A stretch of 62,853 bases of DNA, from contig BFEA01000002.1 in NCBI GenBank assembly GCA_003427395.1, positions 7,722,861 to 7,785,713 of the forward strand, written 5' to 3'. Both the position numbers and the translations under genes were made by a program. Origin of the DNA: Chara braunii. Lineage: Eukaryota; Plantae; Charophyceae. Positions 1 to 11,584 of the stretch are shown piece by piece; within the stretch, counting starts at the first letter, position 1, and each line of letters starts with the position of its first letter. The notes under the pieces were generated by a model. It was not told the origin of the DNA. It saw only the letters and a program-made list of their open reading frames with translations, and searched no databases.

Positions 1-169
1 TTTTTTTTAAGAGCGTTCTTCTTCTTCTTCTTCTTCTTCGTCTTCTTCTTCTTTTAAGCATTCTTTCTTTTCTTTTCCTTTTTAAGCATTCTTCTCATGT
101 TTGTGTTGGCTATGATTACTGACCATCGATGCCTGATGACACATTGCTGCTGTATGGATGGATGTGCAG

Positions 170-247
170 TTCAAAGCAAAGCTGTTCCTGGAGGAGATGA
201 TGTCTATATTCATTACCCCTTTTATTCTTTGGTTTTCACTCCCCAAG
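170..247 (+). CDS. ATG9: ATG9 internal exon (gene starts upstream of window)
   Basis: tgcag|TTC...AAG|gtgagg; 78 bp encodes FKAKLFLEEMMSIFITPFILWFSLPK, matching the ATG9 'LEE..SIFITPF.L.F..PK' segment. Confidence 0.9.
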
Positions 248-562
248 GTGAGGGAATGCGGAAACGTGAGAGAAGAAGAGAGAGAGGGAGGGGGGTAGAA
301 TGAAGTTTTTTGGGGGGGGGAGGAGAATGGAGGGGGGGAGTAGAGTAATAAGCTCAACAGAGAGGTACTGTGTAACCCATGTGAGTTGCGAAGATCAGAT
401 TTGAATCGTCTTGTGTCCGAGAAAATTCAGAGTGAGATGGAGTTATTACCTGGAGCATACTCACACGATTTCCTGGTTGTATCTGACATGATTACATCCC
501 ATCCTGGACGCATATGACTGCAATTGCGTCCAAGTACGTCCTGTGGTTGTCGTATCCGACAG

Positions 563-768
563 CTACCTTCGTCCCCCGAACATAACGCATATATGTTGTA
601 ATCGAGTTTCCAAATTGGAAAAAAAATCGAATAGACCGCATATGGGTTACATTTGAAGTGTGTGTTGTATTCGAATACAACACCCGCGTGTTGTATTCAA
701 ATAGAATACACACTATGCATTGCATTCGTTTACAACGCGTATGCGTTATGTTCGGGGGATGAAGGTAG
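563..768. mobile_element. MITE, Tc1/mariner (pogo/Tc2-like) family; further copies at ~2115-2229, 2976-3091, 9821-9939, 10253-10363, 24645-24758, and half-copies near 16715-16818, 45750 and 46820-46975
   Basis: TIRs ctaccttcgtcccccgaacataacgcata / tatgcgttatgttcgggggatgaaggtag with a TA dinucleotide at each end; the same TIR motif recurs across the window. Superfamily assignment is inferred. Confidence 0.75.
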
Positions 769-1234
769 TCCTGGACATATCTGGCGGGGATTATGTCACG
801 CCCTTGTGACTAATCTGATGGCAATTACAGCAGGAAAAAAAAAAAGTCAATCAACATAGGGCCTTGCGGCACAAACCACCAAATGTGTGAAATGGAGAAT
901 GTATCTTCTGGTAGAATGTGGAATGATCCACCCGCCATAGGTTTTTTCCTTTTTGCATTTGGTGAGTAGCGCGGCTGTCGCGCTGAGCGCGTGGAAGAAG
1001 AGGGAACGGGAAAAAGGTCGCGGGAACTTATTTGTGATGGAGTTCGCAGGCATGTCCTTTTTTTTTTTTTTTGTCTTTTTACGACCTTTTTTGGTCTTTT
1101 CCTGTCTTTTTTTTTGTCGTTTTTCTGCTAGTCTCTGTTTCCGTGTGCACGGCCCTCCCCGACACGCACGGATGCCCGCACGGGCCACGGCCGTGCGGGT
1201 CCCCCGGTCACTCCCTGTGCGGCCTCAGGGACGC

Positions 1235-1549
1235 CGGGGCAACCTCCCTCCCGCCATCCCCCACCTCCCTTCTGCCATCTCCTACCTCCCTTCCGCCATC
1301 TCCCACTCCAGCCTTGCCACCTCCTACCTCCCTTCCGCCATCTCCAACCTCCCTTCGCTTCCGCCATCTCCCACCTCACTCCCACCTCACTCCCGCCACC
1401 TCCCACCTCCCTTTCACCATCTCCACCCTCACTCCCGCCATCTTTTACCTCTCTCCTGCCATCTTCAACCTCCTTCCCACCACCTCCCACCTCACCTCCC
1501 GCCACCTCCCACCTCCCTTCCGACATCCCCCAACCTCACTCCCGCCATC
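1235..1549. repeat. Degenerate ~21-bp C-rich minisatellite running into a gap
   Basis: Repeated ccgccatctcc(c/t)acctccctt units. Confidence 0.8.
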
Positions 1550-1909
1550 NNNNNNNNNNNNNNNNNNNNNNNNNNNNNNNNNNNNNNNNNNNNNNNNNNN
1601 NNNNNNNNNNNNNNNNNNNNNNNNNNNNNNNNNNNNNNNNNNNNNNNNNNNNNNNNNNNNNNNNNNNNNNNNNNNNNNNNNNNNNNNNNNNNNNNNNNNN
1701 NNNNNNNNNNNNNNNNNNNNNTTCGGGCAGATCTCTGGAGGCGCAGCAGAGGCCCATCACCGAAAAAAAAAAGAAAAGAAAGAAAAGTTCAAAAAAGACG
1801 TTAAAAAAAGCTTGCACGGGTGCACGGCTGTGCCTGCCCGGCCGCGTGGCGCCGGAAGCCTAGGTTTTCTGTCTTTTTCTTTTTCTCTTTGTCAGAGCTG
1901 ATAGGTTGA

Positions 1910-2031
1910 GAGCATACTCTCACTAGGACTGTTTTGGACAAATCTCTGGACGTAATTGCGGTCAGGTACGTCCAGGTCATGCTGGAATTCCGATCAGATA
2001 CATGCAAGGAAGTCGTAGTGTGAGTATGCCC
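1910..2031. mobile_element. PIF/Harbinger-like MITE (same family at 13151-13277 and 47378-47517; partial ends near 452 and 21352)
   Basis: TIR G(A/G)GCATACTC(A/T)CACTA...TAGTGTGAGTATGCCC with 3-bp TGA duplication; shared internal sequence between copies. Confidence 0.8.
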
Positions 2032-2415
2032 TGAGTGGGGGGGCAACAATGTGTGAGAGTGAATCATCCGGTAGAACACGTTTAGGTGAATGTGTAAAGA
2101 ACTTCAGTTGCTCATTACTGTTTCCTCCAAATAGGACGTACGGTCATTGTAGCCGTATTTGGGGCAAATTTTAGTCCAGATACATGGATAATGACCAAAC
2201 ATTGTATGTGGGGGACGACGGGATGGTACCTGGTGCATCGATGGAGGCGGATGCTTTTCCGCCCTCAAATTTCCCCCCCCCCCCTTAAATTGTCAACTAC
2301 CTCAAATTTCCCCCCCCCTTAAATTGTACATGGGGGTCTATTTCAGACTATTTGTTATTTCTTGAAGGGGTCTTTTGTCTGAACCTGGAGGTGCTGAACC
2401 TGGGGTGGCCATGAA

Positions 2416-2453
2416 GTGCTTTGGGACATCCGTTAAAATTGGAACGATATAGA
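2416..2453 (+). pseudogene. U6: 5' fragment of U6 snRNA
   Basis: gtgctttgggacatccgttaaaattggaacgatataga matches the plant U6 5' end (GGGACATCCGATAAAATTGGAACGATACAGA). Confidence 0.75.
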
Positions 2454-3489
2454 ACGTACGGTCATTGCAGCCCTATTTGACTCGCCATGCAGTCCAGATG
2501 CGGTGAAAGTTGAACATGAGAACGTACGTTCTATTTGTGGGAAGCAGGTAGCGGAGATTGCAATGAGCCCACAATTCAAACCACGTCTCGCGACACACAG
2601 AAACTGGACTTCATCATCATACACGAGGCAGCACGCCTCAGGCCAAAACGAACACGAGAGATGCGAACAACCCTTGTAAGTTCGTTCCGAAGGAGTCCCG
2701 TGTTGGTACCATCTCACTTGAATGGCACTGTTGGTACCATGGGACCAACATGCGACTGTAGCGCTCACGAGAGTCGATTAAGAAACACTATGGAGGTTTC
2801 AAGATGGTACTGTAGCGCCCCACTGCGTCCCCCTTTTCGTCATCGTTTGTAAGGATTGGTACCCATCTGGTTCTGGTCCCATCTGGTTCTATTGATGAGC
2901 GGTGAATCCGTTCTTCAGTCCCATTCGGGTTCTCGTGCTTCCCTCAGAGGTTTGGCAGTGCATTTCAGCTCATCTCTACCGTCTTCCGCTGAATAAAAGG
3001 TACGGTCATTATATACCCGTATTTGGGGTCTCACTTCCAGTCTACATACGCGGATCAGTGCCATACATTCTATTATGTAGAGAGACGGTAGAGAAGAACC
3101 AACTGGGACGAAAACAGTGTATAATGCGCCAGGCTCATCGCCCCCCTCCGTGTTCTTTCGTTCGTTGATCAGTGACCTGGACCCCATCAAGCAAGTCATG
3201 CCAGAGTTGGTATGGGTTAAAAAATTAAAAGTGTCATTAAACCCCGACAGCTCACATGAGCCGACAGTGACTAGGCTCTATACCTTCTAAAGGCCTGCGA
3301 GCGTTCCAACTGTGTGTCTTTTCAAAGTGGCCTGCCGCTTTCGCTACTGGGTTAGGCCCGAGTCAAAACACGTTGACGGCGGATACCGGTAAGAGTACTG
3401 CTTAGGTTCGTACGAATTTCTAGTTTCAACTTTCAAGTTATCGAGCACTCTTAGTGGTGATTGTCGCGCTGGCATTCAGCAGATATATA

Positions 3490-3543
3490 GGGTTCAGCCT
3501 CCTGATGAGTCGGTGAAACTCCGACGAAACAGTTTGTCACAGC
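3490..3543 (+). ncRNA. 5'-truncated type III hammerhead ribozyme remnant in (AT)n
   Basis: ggg-ttcag-cctc CTGATGA gtcgg-tgaaact-ccgac GAAACAGT; lacks the upstream stem III/GUC strand. Confidence 0.8.
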
Positions 3544-3591
3544 GCCTATATATATATATATATATTTGACGATATATAATATATATATATA

Positions 3592-3694
3592 TCGTCACAA
3601 ACAGAACTGCCCGGTAAACCGTAGGCAGAGAGAGAGAAGAGGACAACAAACGAGGGGCTGTGACAAACTGTTTCGTCGGAGTTTCACCGACTCA
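3592..3694 (-). repeat. Inverted partial copy of the hammerhead-bearing repeat
   Basis: 3657-3694 is the exact reverse complement of 3506-3543; bounded by (AT)n. Confidence 0.85.
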
Positions 3695-4071
3695 GATATA
3701 TATGTATATAGTAACTGATGATTACACTGTAAGTGATAATCCACCTTAACCACAACCGGTTGTGGTTAAGCATCAACGACTGCCGGACAACTGATGATAC
3801 CCTGAGGTGGTGGGGACCACCAACCACTGCCCTCAAGGTACGTACCTGTGACGAAAATCAAAGCAGACTCACTCACCTACACCAGATGGAAAACTCTACA
3901 GAGTATCAGTTCACACCCTAGCATATATATGTGTATATATATATGTATATAAACTTCAAAGTTATCGAGCACTCTTCATGGTGATTGTCGGGCTGACATT
4001 AATTTGACCTCACCTCTCAGCAGATCTGCTCTGTGCATGGTCTTTTGACAGCATTATGGACAACTCTTTTT

Positions 4072-4106
<35 letters not shown>

Positions 4107-4491
4107 TGTGTGCTCCTGGCAAGTTGTCATGCACACTTGATGGATTAGTGGATGAGAAAAAAAAAAAAAGGATTAGTCCATAAGGCAGTTCACTGCTGTA
4201 AAGCAATTCACAACTTCACACAATAATTATGCATGTTTTTTTTTTTTTTTTTTTTTGCCAAAAAATTATGCGTGGGTTTGAGGAACGCTGCGTGGTTTAC
4301 ACTGATTAATAATTAATTGCTCGGCATACTTGTTTTGTCTGATTTGTTTTGTTTTTTCGTTTTTTCGTTTTGTGGTGGTGGTGGTGGGGGGAGGGGGCGG
4401 AGGGGGAAGGGATGGGGATGTTGAGTTTGGGTGGTGGTGGGGTTTCGGGGTTGGTTGGGGGGTTGAATGCTCATGTGCTTCGTGCTTGCAG

Positions 4492-4562
4492 TGTGCGGAG
4501 TGCATTGTTGATTTCATTCAGGACTTCACTGTTTATGTAGAAGGCGTCGGACATGTCTGCAG
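4492..4562 (+). CDS. ATG9: ATG9 exon
   Basis: ttgcag|TGT...TGCAG|gtcggt; encodes CAECIVDFIQDFTVYVEGVGHVC(S), the conserved ATG9 DFTV.VEGVGHVCS motif; phase fits both neighbouring exons. Confidence 0.93.
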
Positions 4563-5560
4563 GTCGGTGAATGGTTGGTTCTCAAGCGTTTATAAGACAG
4601 AGATCGCAGGTTATTTTTATTTTCTTATGTATTATTGTTAGTATATGTTCTATTATTCTCTTTGATTTTAATTTTATTAAATATATAATTTAAATGTTTT
4701 AAATTTTAATGATTGTTAATTAAATTATTTGTCCGTTGTCCCCTATCTGCTTTCTTGTATCTCGTTCAGAAACTTGCTTGCTAGTACTATTNNNNNNNNN
4801 NNNNNNNNNNNNNNNNNNNNNNNNNNNNNNNNNNNNNNNNNNNNAGGGAAGGGGAGGGCAGGGGAGGGGTGGGGGGTGGGGTAGAACATCAAGTTATGAC
4901 TGAGGACGTGGTAGTAAGTAGCAGTCGGAACAGAAGCTTCGGGACATCATGTGGACTTTGGAGGAACATCGGTGGCAAATAAATTAGGGGATGGCGAGAA
5001 TGACTGAACATGTCTGTAATGACAAAAATGATTCGAAAAGCTGAAATGAGTCCAAGGACATTAGTCAAAGAGTGAACTTTGAGTCTGACTTTCTGAGATT
5101 TTTTTTTTTTTGCATGCGCGGGGCCCGACAAATCTCCAGAAGGACACCAGTTTCCCACTCAGGCATACAAGATATCTATCTACAGGATTCTACAGTAAGC
5201 GCCCCACACCTTGCGTGTGCACCTATGTGACTCAGTCGAAACCAAGCGAGCTAATGTGCAGGGCGTCGTAATCCAAACTCAAGAAAAGATTAAGCGTCCT
5301 CCAGCCGGGGAAAAGCCGCACTCTTCGCAAAAAAGGGGCCTATTTTCTCTTTTTTTTTCGGGGCGCAAATCATTGGACTCGTGACCAAGCATACCGACAT
5401 GATGCTATCAGCATAGCAAAACTTTGAGAGGGTGAAGGGATTGTGATTGGAGACTTCCATTCCATTTGGCGGTCTTGCACGCAGACGAGAGAGTACCAAC
5501 TGTCCCGGAGATTGTACCATTTGTCCCAGCTCAGAGTTGGTACGCCCTGAACTGTTGAAG

Positions 5561-5598
5561 CTGTCTCTTATACACATCTAGATGTGTATAAGAGACAG
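5561..5598. other. Nextera mate-pair junction adapter (back-to-back Tn5 mosaic ends); assembly artefact
   Basis: Exact CTGTCTCTTATACACATCT-AGATGTGTATAAGAGACAG. Confidence 0.99.
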
Positions 5599-5862
5599 GT
5601 CCAGTAGCGCCCCGTGGCGGTTTTGTTTTTCTTTTGACGGGCCTTTGTGGTCCAGTTTGTGGTCCAGTAGCGCCAGGAGGCACCAGAGATTTCATGTTTG
5701 CCGGTTGTGGTGGTTTAAGATTTTGAGTCTTTTTGAAATACGTAGAATGGAAAGAAAAGGACATTGATGATTGATCGGCGTTTCTTGATTCATTCAATGG
5801 GAGAAATAGACATCGATAATTGATTGGCTTTTTTTTTGTGGCTTTTCTTTTTTCTTATCTTT

Positions 5863-5960
5863 AATTTGGCCCATCTCTCGATTTATGCGTGTCATCCTTG
5901 TGCAGAGGTCATGTTAATTTTCTGTGTGTCGTTCCAATTCTAACGGATGTCCCAAAGAAC
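5863..5960 (-). pseudogene. U6: Full-length U6 snRNA retropseudogene
   Basis: Reverse complement aligns end to end with plant U6; ACAGAGA box reads ACACAGA and the AGC triad reads AAC; A-rich tail follows (T-rich 5828-5862 on +). Confidence 0.9.
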
Positions 5961-5963
5961 GAC

Positions 5964-6110
5964 ATTTATTGGAATTTTTTAGTACATTCATTGGCAAAAA
6001 TTGACATTGATTGGTATTTTTTAGTACATTCAGTGGCAGAAATTGACATTGATTGGCATTTTTTAATACATTCTCTCAATTTCAATGGCAAAAATTGACA
6101 TTGATTGGCA
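5964..6110. repeat. ~39-bp tandem repeat (aattgacattgattgg core), related units also at 5760-5828
   Basis: Visible repeated units on both sides of the U6 copy. Confidence 0.75.
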
Positions 6111-6135
6111 TATCTGTTTTTCTTGTGTCATGCAG

Positions 6136-6246
6136 TCTCAGTGTGTTTGATTTTGAGATGCACGGCAACAAGCGGTATGGATCGCCATGCCACACAAGCA
6201 AGGACCGTCGGAGCTCCCAGGGGAAGATGGAGAAATCCTTCATAAG
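6136..6246 (+). CDS. ATG9: ATG9 exon
   Basis: atgcag|T...ATAAG|gtttgt; encodes (S)LSVFDFEMHGNKRYGSPCHTSKDRRSSQGKMEKSFI(S), the plant ATG9 HGN..YGSP...RSSQGKMEKSF motif. Confidence 0.95.
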
Positions 6247-7358
6247 GTTTGTGGCCTTGATCTCTCCTCAGGGTGAACTGTACCGTCGTGACGTGCTAGT
6301 ACAGTTCACGTCGTGCAGCAAACTATCCCAATTGAAAAGCCAAAAAAAAAAAAAAAACAGGAAAAAAAAAAAAAAACATACGCACTTTTTTGTTTGACCG
6401 CCGAACCGGACCGTCATCGCAGCGACGTGCATATGTTTTTTTTATTATTATTATTTTTTTTTCGTTTGTTAAACTTTTTTTCGCTTTCCAATTTGACCGT
6501 TTCTGGATCCGCGCGTCTCATCTTCCTGCAGGAACCATGCTAAGAGTCTCTGTGTTATTCAGTTTTTGTCACTTTTTGACGGATTTCCTGAAGGGACAGG
6601 AATGGGGGGGGGGGGNGGGGGCTTTTTCGGAATTCAAATTTTGACGGGGTTCCTGAAGGAAAGAAGGCGGGGGGCATTTGTGGAATTCGTAGCCTGACAA
6701 TGTGAGCCGAAGCGTTTACGCGGTGCACAGTTGTTGTTGTTGTTTTTAATATAAGAAAAAAAACACCATTACCTTTCCCGCTGTTGGGAAAATGGGAAAC
6801 TATCCTACCCCCAAAATTCGGTGGCCGGGCCCGATGCCGGCCGCCATCGGCGGCCATCGTGTTGTGTCGGTTCGGCCTCTCCTAAAGATTGTTCGGGGGC
6901 CTGACGGCGTCCCACATGGGAAAAGGGGGTGGTGGTTTAAGGAGACCGCTGAATTACTGATGGTTGTGAAGGCGTAGTGCTGCACCGCTCTTTTCCAAAA
7001 AAGCCATAAAAGAAGGAAGCACAGATAAGAAAGAACTGGATACAGAATAATATAAAAAAGAATGTGTTCGAGTGTGCCTCGATTGCAAACACATGGCCAC
7101 CTGGGTGCCATGTGTCTATTCTTGCTTTACCTCTAACAGTCCCATTTCTGTGTACCATTTGGGACCCATGATCTGTCTACCACCAGTTTTGTGTGAGTAC
7201 CGTTCCCTTAACAAATGGGTCCCGTGCCTTGTCGTCGATGGCTTCACTTCTTTTTCTCCGACCACACCTATTTTGCACCCCCCCCCCGTGCTACTTACGT
7301 ACCTAACTTGTGTCCTGTGGGCATTTCTCTTTTCTGTCGGTTATTGCGATTCCGACAG

Positions 7359-8496
7359 TTTCAAGGCGAACTATCCCAATTGGGAACCAGGGGACCTGGG
7401 GAAGAAGGTACTGAAGACGTTGTCAGAGTTCCGGTCTCATCAGGAGGAACTGGACGTCGAGCAATGCGCGCAAGCGACTCACTTGTCGCAAACTAGCTGC
7501 CATGACGTCGGTTCTCCAGCAGGGAGTCGAAGATTTATGCCGGTGTCGCGTAACTCGTTTCGCTCAGCTCGCGCGTTTCAGCCCCAGGAGAGCAGCGGGG
7601 AGGTCCCATGGAATGGAGCGGGGGACGGCTCCAGGCCTGCGGCAGGTAGCTTGTACCACCGGTTTCCTTTCGGAGACCCATGGAGGAGTGGGGTGGGCGG
7701 GTACGGTGCAGCAGGTTCGTCTAGGCACTTGCATGGGAGTGCAATGGCTGGTCACTGCCCTTTCCCGACAAGTGCTACCGATCAGTCGGCCTGGTTGCTC
7801 AAGTTAGACTCTGAGCAGATCATTCAGCTGCACTGGCTCGATAGGTTGTACCTGGTGCGATCGCAAGTGAACGACGCCGAACTTTGTCACGACAACGACG
7901 GGGAGCACAGAACGGGTGCAGAGCAGGGAATGGGACCTGGAATACCCCTGGCAAAAGAGGAGGTGGAGGATGGGCCAGCCGACCAGGATGACAAGGATGC
8001 CCATCTGCAATCATTAGAGCAGAGGAAAGGGGCTGTGCCCCGCCACCCTCTTCATGTCGAGGCCTTCCGGAGAAGCCACTTCTTTCCAGCGGATGCCGTG
8101 GAGGAAGACCGTGAAGATCGCGGAGCTGAAGCAGCGGCCCACATTAGCTCCGATGACCTGAGACCTTCGCGTTCAGACCACCCTGCAGAGACAAGCGGAA
8201 GGAGTTATGGGCCATCCAGCTCGTGGAGGGAAGAGTACAGCGAAAGCCCCAGGGGACTGCTGACCGGAATCACTCCTCTGCACACAGGTACTGCCGATGA
8301 TCACTCTGGTTTGTTCATTAAAGCAAAGTCTAAAATAACGCGTCCGTTTCGTGGTTCTGTCGTTATTGGGTCGACACCATACACAGGCAATAGGTTTATG
8401 CCATTGCTGTCTGAAGAAAGAGAGAGCCCGAGGAAAGCTGATGATGATGAGATAGATTGGAAGATGCAGCTAACATTGGATGATGATACAGGCTGA
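7359..8496 (+). CDS. ATG9: ATG9 terminal exon with long, probably disordered C-terminal tail
   Basis: ccgacag|T TTC AAG GCG; (S)FKANYPNWEPGDLGKKVLKTLSEFR continues the ATG9 motif; LHWLDRLY resembles a plant ATG9 C-terminal motif; open to TGA at 8496. Confidence 0.88.
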
Positions 8497-8596
8497 CGAC
8501 TCACATTCACGGCGAAGGGGACACACGTTCCCTTGTCCGGCAGTCTCTAACTAACACCATGAAGTAACCCGCATTGTTTCACTACCTGTCCCCTCC

Positions 8597-8813
<217 letters not shown>

Positions 8814-9396
8814 TCTATTTTTCCCTCCTTGTCTGGTCTAATCCTGCACGATGTATAGCATACATGCGACGGATATGCACAGTTACTTCCCTCGCTGGTA
8901 CGTGATAGCTCCTGTTGTTGGGGCTTTGACGAAATAGCGTCTGTAGGTATTTGTGGCGGAACTGTGCTCTGGGGAAAGCTCAGCTCCACAGGTAAACTAT
9001 GGTCATTGTACAGTTGTTTCTTTCTTAGAACATATGAATAGGCACTTGCAGTTGTAGTATATAAGGCATTTGGTTTCTTATCGTCCACTGGCAATCACGC
9101 ATAAGGTTGGTTCACGGCCTTGCGCTCCCATCTCTTCCTTAGTGGCACACATTTATTTTCTCTGCCCCTGACTATTTCACTCACCTTCACCCTCACGTCT
9201 TCCTGTTCTTCTTCCCTCCTCCTTCACTCTACTTTTCTGCATCTCCCACCTCCCATCTCCTAGTCTGTTTTCTCTCCCCTCACAATACTCTTCTTCTGTT
9301 CTCTCTCACCCACTTCCGAATGCGCCCCCTTTTTTTTTTGACTCCGACTTCCTCTCTTCTGCGCGGCAATGTCAATGCAGAGGGCGAGGGAGGGGG

Positions 9397-9441
<45 letters not shown>

Positions 9442-10389
9442 GAGAGAGTCAGTGCTGAAGGGGATTGCTATGGCAAAGCATGGTAAAAATGAACAGCAAA
9501 AAGATATCAAATCCACAAAAAAAATCAAAAAAAAATGCACCTCAAAAGTTGAAAAAACTTCAAAAAAGTTAAGAAAACTTCAATAAAGTTAAAAAAAAAG
9601 ACAAATGGAACAGGATACAGTATATGCGAGCTTACTCCCCAGAGTGGATTTTTTTTTTTTTTTTTTTTAAATAACGAGATGGGGGGAAAAAAAAGTACAC
9701 CGTCGATCTTGTAAAAGAGTGTAATGCAAATCGAAGACGAGAGGGATTATCAACAGCAGCAGCAGCAGCGGCAGCAGCGGCAGCTGTAGGTAAATCAGCT
9801 GTAAATATGGAAGACGAGGACTACCTTCTTCACCGAAATAGAACGCCCGTCGCCCGGTCATTCGCTGTATTTGGGGCAAAAATTGCAGGCCACATGCACT
9901 AACCATCACTGGGCGTTCTATTCGGGCGAAGACGGGTAGTTGGCTGCAATTGAGGTAGGCTCAATGCACGAGGTAGACGAGCGATCTTTCCGTCCCGGGC
10001 CTTTTCCCGGGAGCATATCGCACACTGGCGATGAATGCATACAAGCGGAATTTCCGTCCGGGGTCCGATACGGTCGCGATGGGGGTGCAGTGATGTTCGA
10101 GAGAAAGACGGTACGGTACAAACGGTTAATGTCGACTCCTTTGCGTATGTGCCCTTCTTAATTTTTTGTTCTCTTTGCGATCGTGCCCCTAGTCGGAGCG
10201 TAAGGATTGGATTCGTTTCCATCAACTCTGGTCTGAGGACCGTGCAGTGGCACTACCGTCTTCCCGCGAACATAACGCACCATAAAAATGAATGTGTAGA
10301 AGACATATTTCTGGCCAGATACAGCCAAAATGAGGGTGCGTTGTGTTCGGGGGAAGACGGTAGGAGACAAGGAAGAGTCGCAGATCAGA

Positions 10390-10970
10390 TCCGCTGGTTG
10401 GGTATAAAGCAGATCGTTAGATCGAATGTTAGAGGACGAAACTAGTCGTTGGATCCAATGGTTGGGAAGAAAACATATCATTAGATCCAATGATTGCGGT
10501 GGAAACGGTTCATTAAATCTTTTGTTCATCGCAATTGATTGGCATTTGGAACTTTTTTTATCACCGTTCCAATGGTTGAGGACGAAACTAATTATTGGAT
10601 CCAATGATTGTGCAGAAACCGTAATCATTAGATCGAACGATTGCAGCGGAAACGGTTCATTAAATATGTATCCAATGATTGGGACGAAACCATGTCATTA
10701 GATCCAATGATTGAGGCGGAAATGGTTAATTCAATATTTTGTTCATATCAATTGATTAGCTTCTTAACTTGTTTTTATCACCGTTCCAATGGTTGAGGTC
10801 GAAACTAATCATTGGATCCAATGATTGGCGGGGAAAAGAAAAAAAAAAAGAAAAAGAAGAAGGAAGAAAGTTCAAGAAACCGTATCACTAGGTCCAATGA
10901 TTGGGGCGGGAATGGTTCATTAAATATTTTGTTCATATCAATTTTTTATCAGCATTTTTTTTTTCACCGT
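10390..10970. repeat. Degenerate tandem array with (g/a)gatccaatgattg core
   Basis: Core recurs roughly every 30-40 bp, with higher-order blocks repeating aaacggttcattaaat...ttgttcat. Confidence 0.75.
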
Positions 10971-11553
10971 TCCATCACACACCTTTTTTCTCTTTTTGTA
11001 GTACACGTGGGAGCACACACACCACGTTTATGCTCCAGATACACTTATACACAGAAACACAACTAAACTATATCATTTGACTATGGCTAAAAATTGGTAG
11101 GATTAAAAAAAAAAAAAAAAAAGGTAGGCCAGGATATCCTGGCCTTCCCGCCGAAACATATACCCGCTTTTTCTTGTGTTTAAACTTCAAACGATCTTTT
11201 GTATTGACATCGGCAAAAACAGGGCAGGGTGCTTGCTTGCTTGTCATGTTTGAGCTAAATCACTACTACAGTGCTGCTGCATTTTTGAGTTTTGATTCTT
11301 TTGATTCTTTGAATTGTTTTCGTGATTTGAGAACTCGACTTATTTTTTCGGCAGTCTTCCATTACAACTGGCAAAGGCTGAATGCGTCAGCACGCCCGAC
11401 AGTTCATGGTTAAATAAAAACTATTAAAGTAATAAAAAGAAGTTTATAAACTAAAAAGATGTCCTGAAGGACTGATCATTTCCAAAAAAAAAAAAAAAAA
11501 AAAAAAAAAAAGAAGTTTAAAAAAAAAAAAATGTCCTAAGGGATTAATCTTTC

Positions 11554-11584
<31 letters not shown>

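Noticed and set aside
5561-5598. Genuine Tn5/IS50 insertion or horizontal transfer
   Set aside because: Exact back-to-back mosaic ends are the mate-pair library adapter
5863-5960. Functional U6 gene
   Set aside because: ACAGAGA box and AGC triad mutated; A-rich tail indicates a retrocopy
7072-7358. 5' part of the 474-aa ORF as an independent gene
   Set aside because: Intronic read-through; ATG9 homology begins at the splice acceptor at 7358/7359
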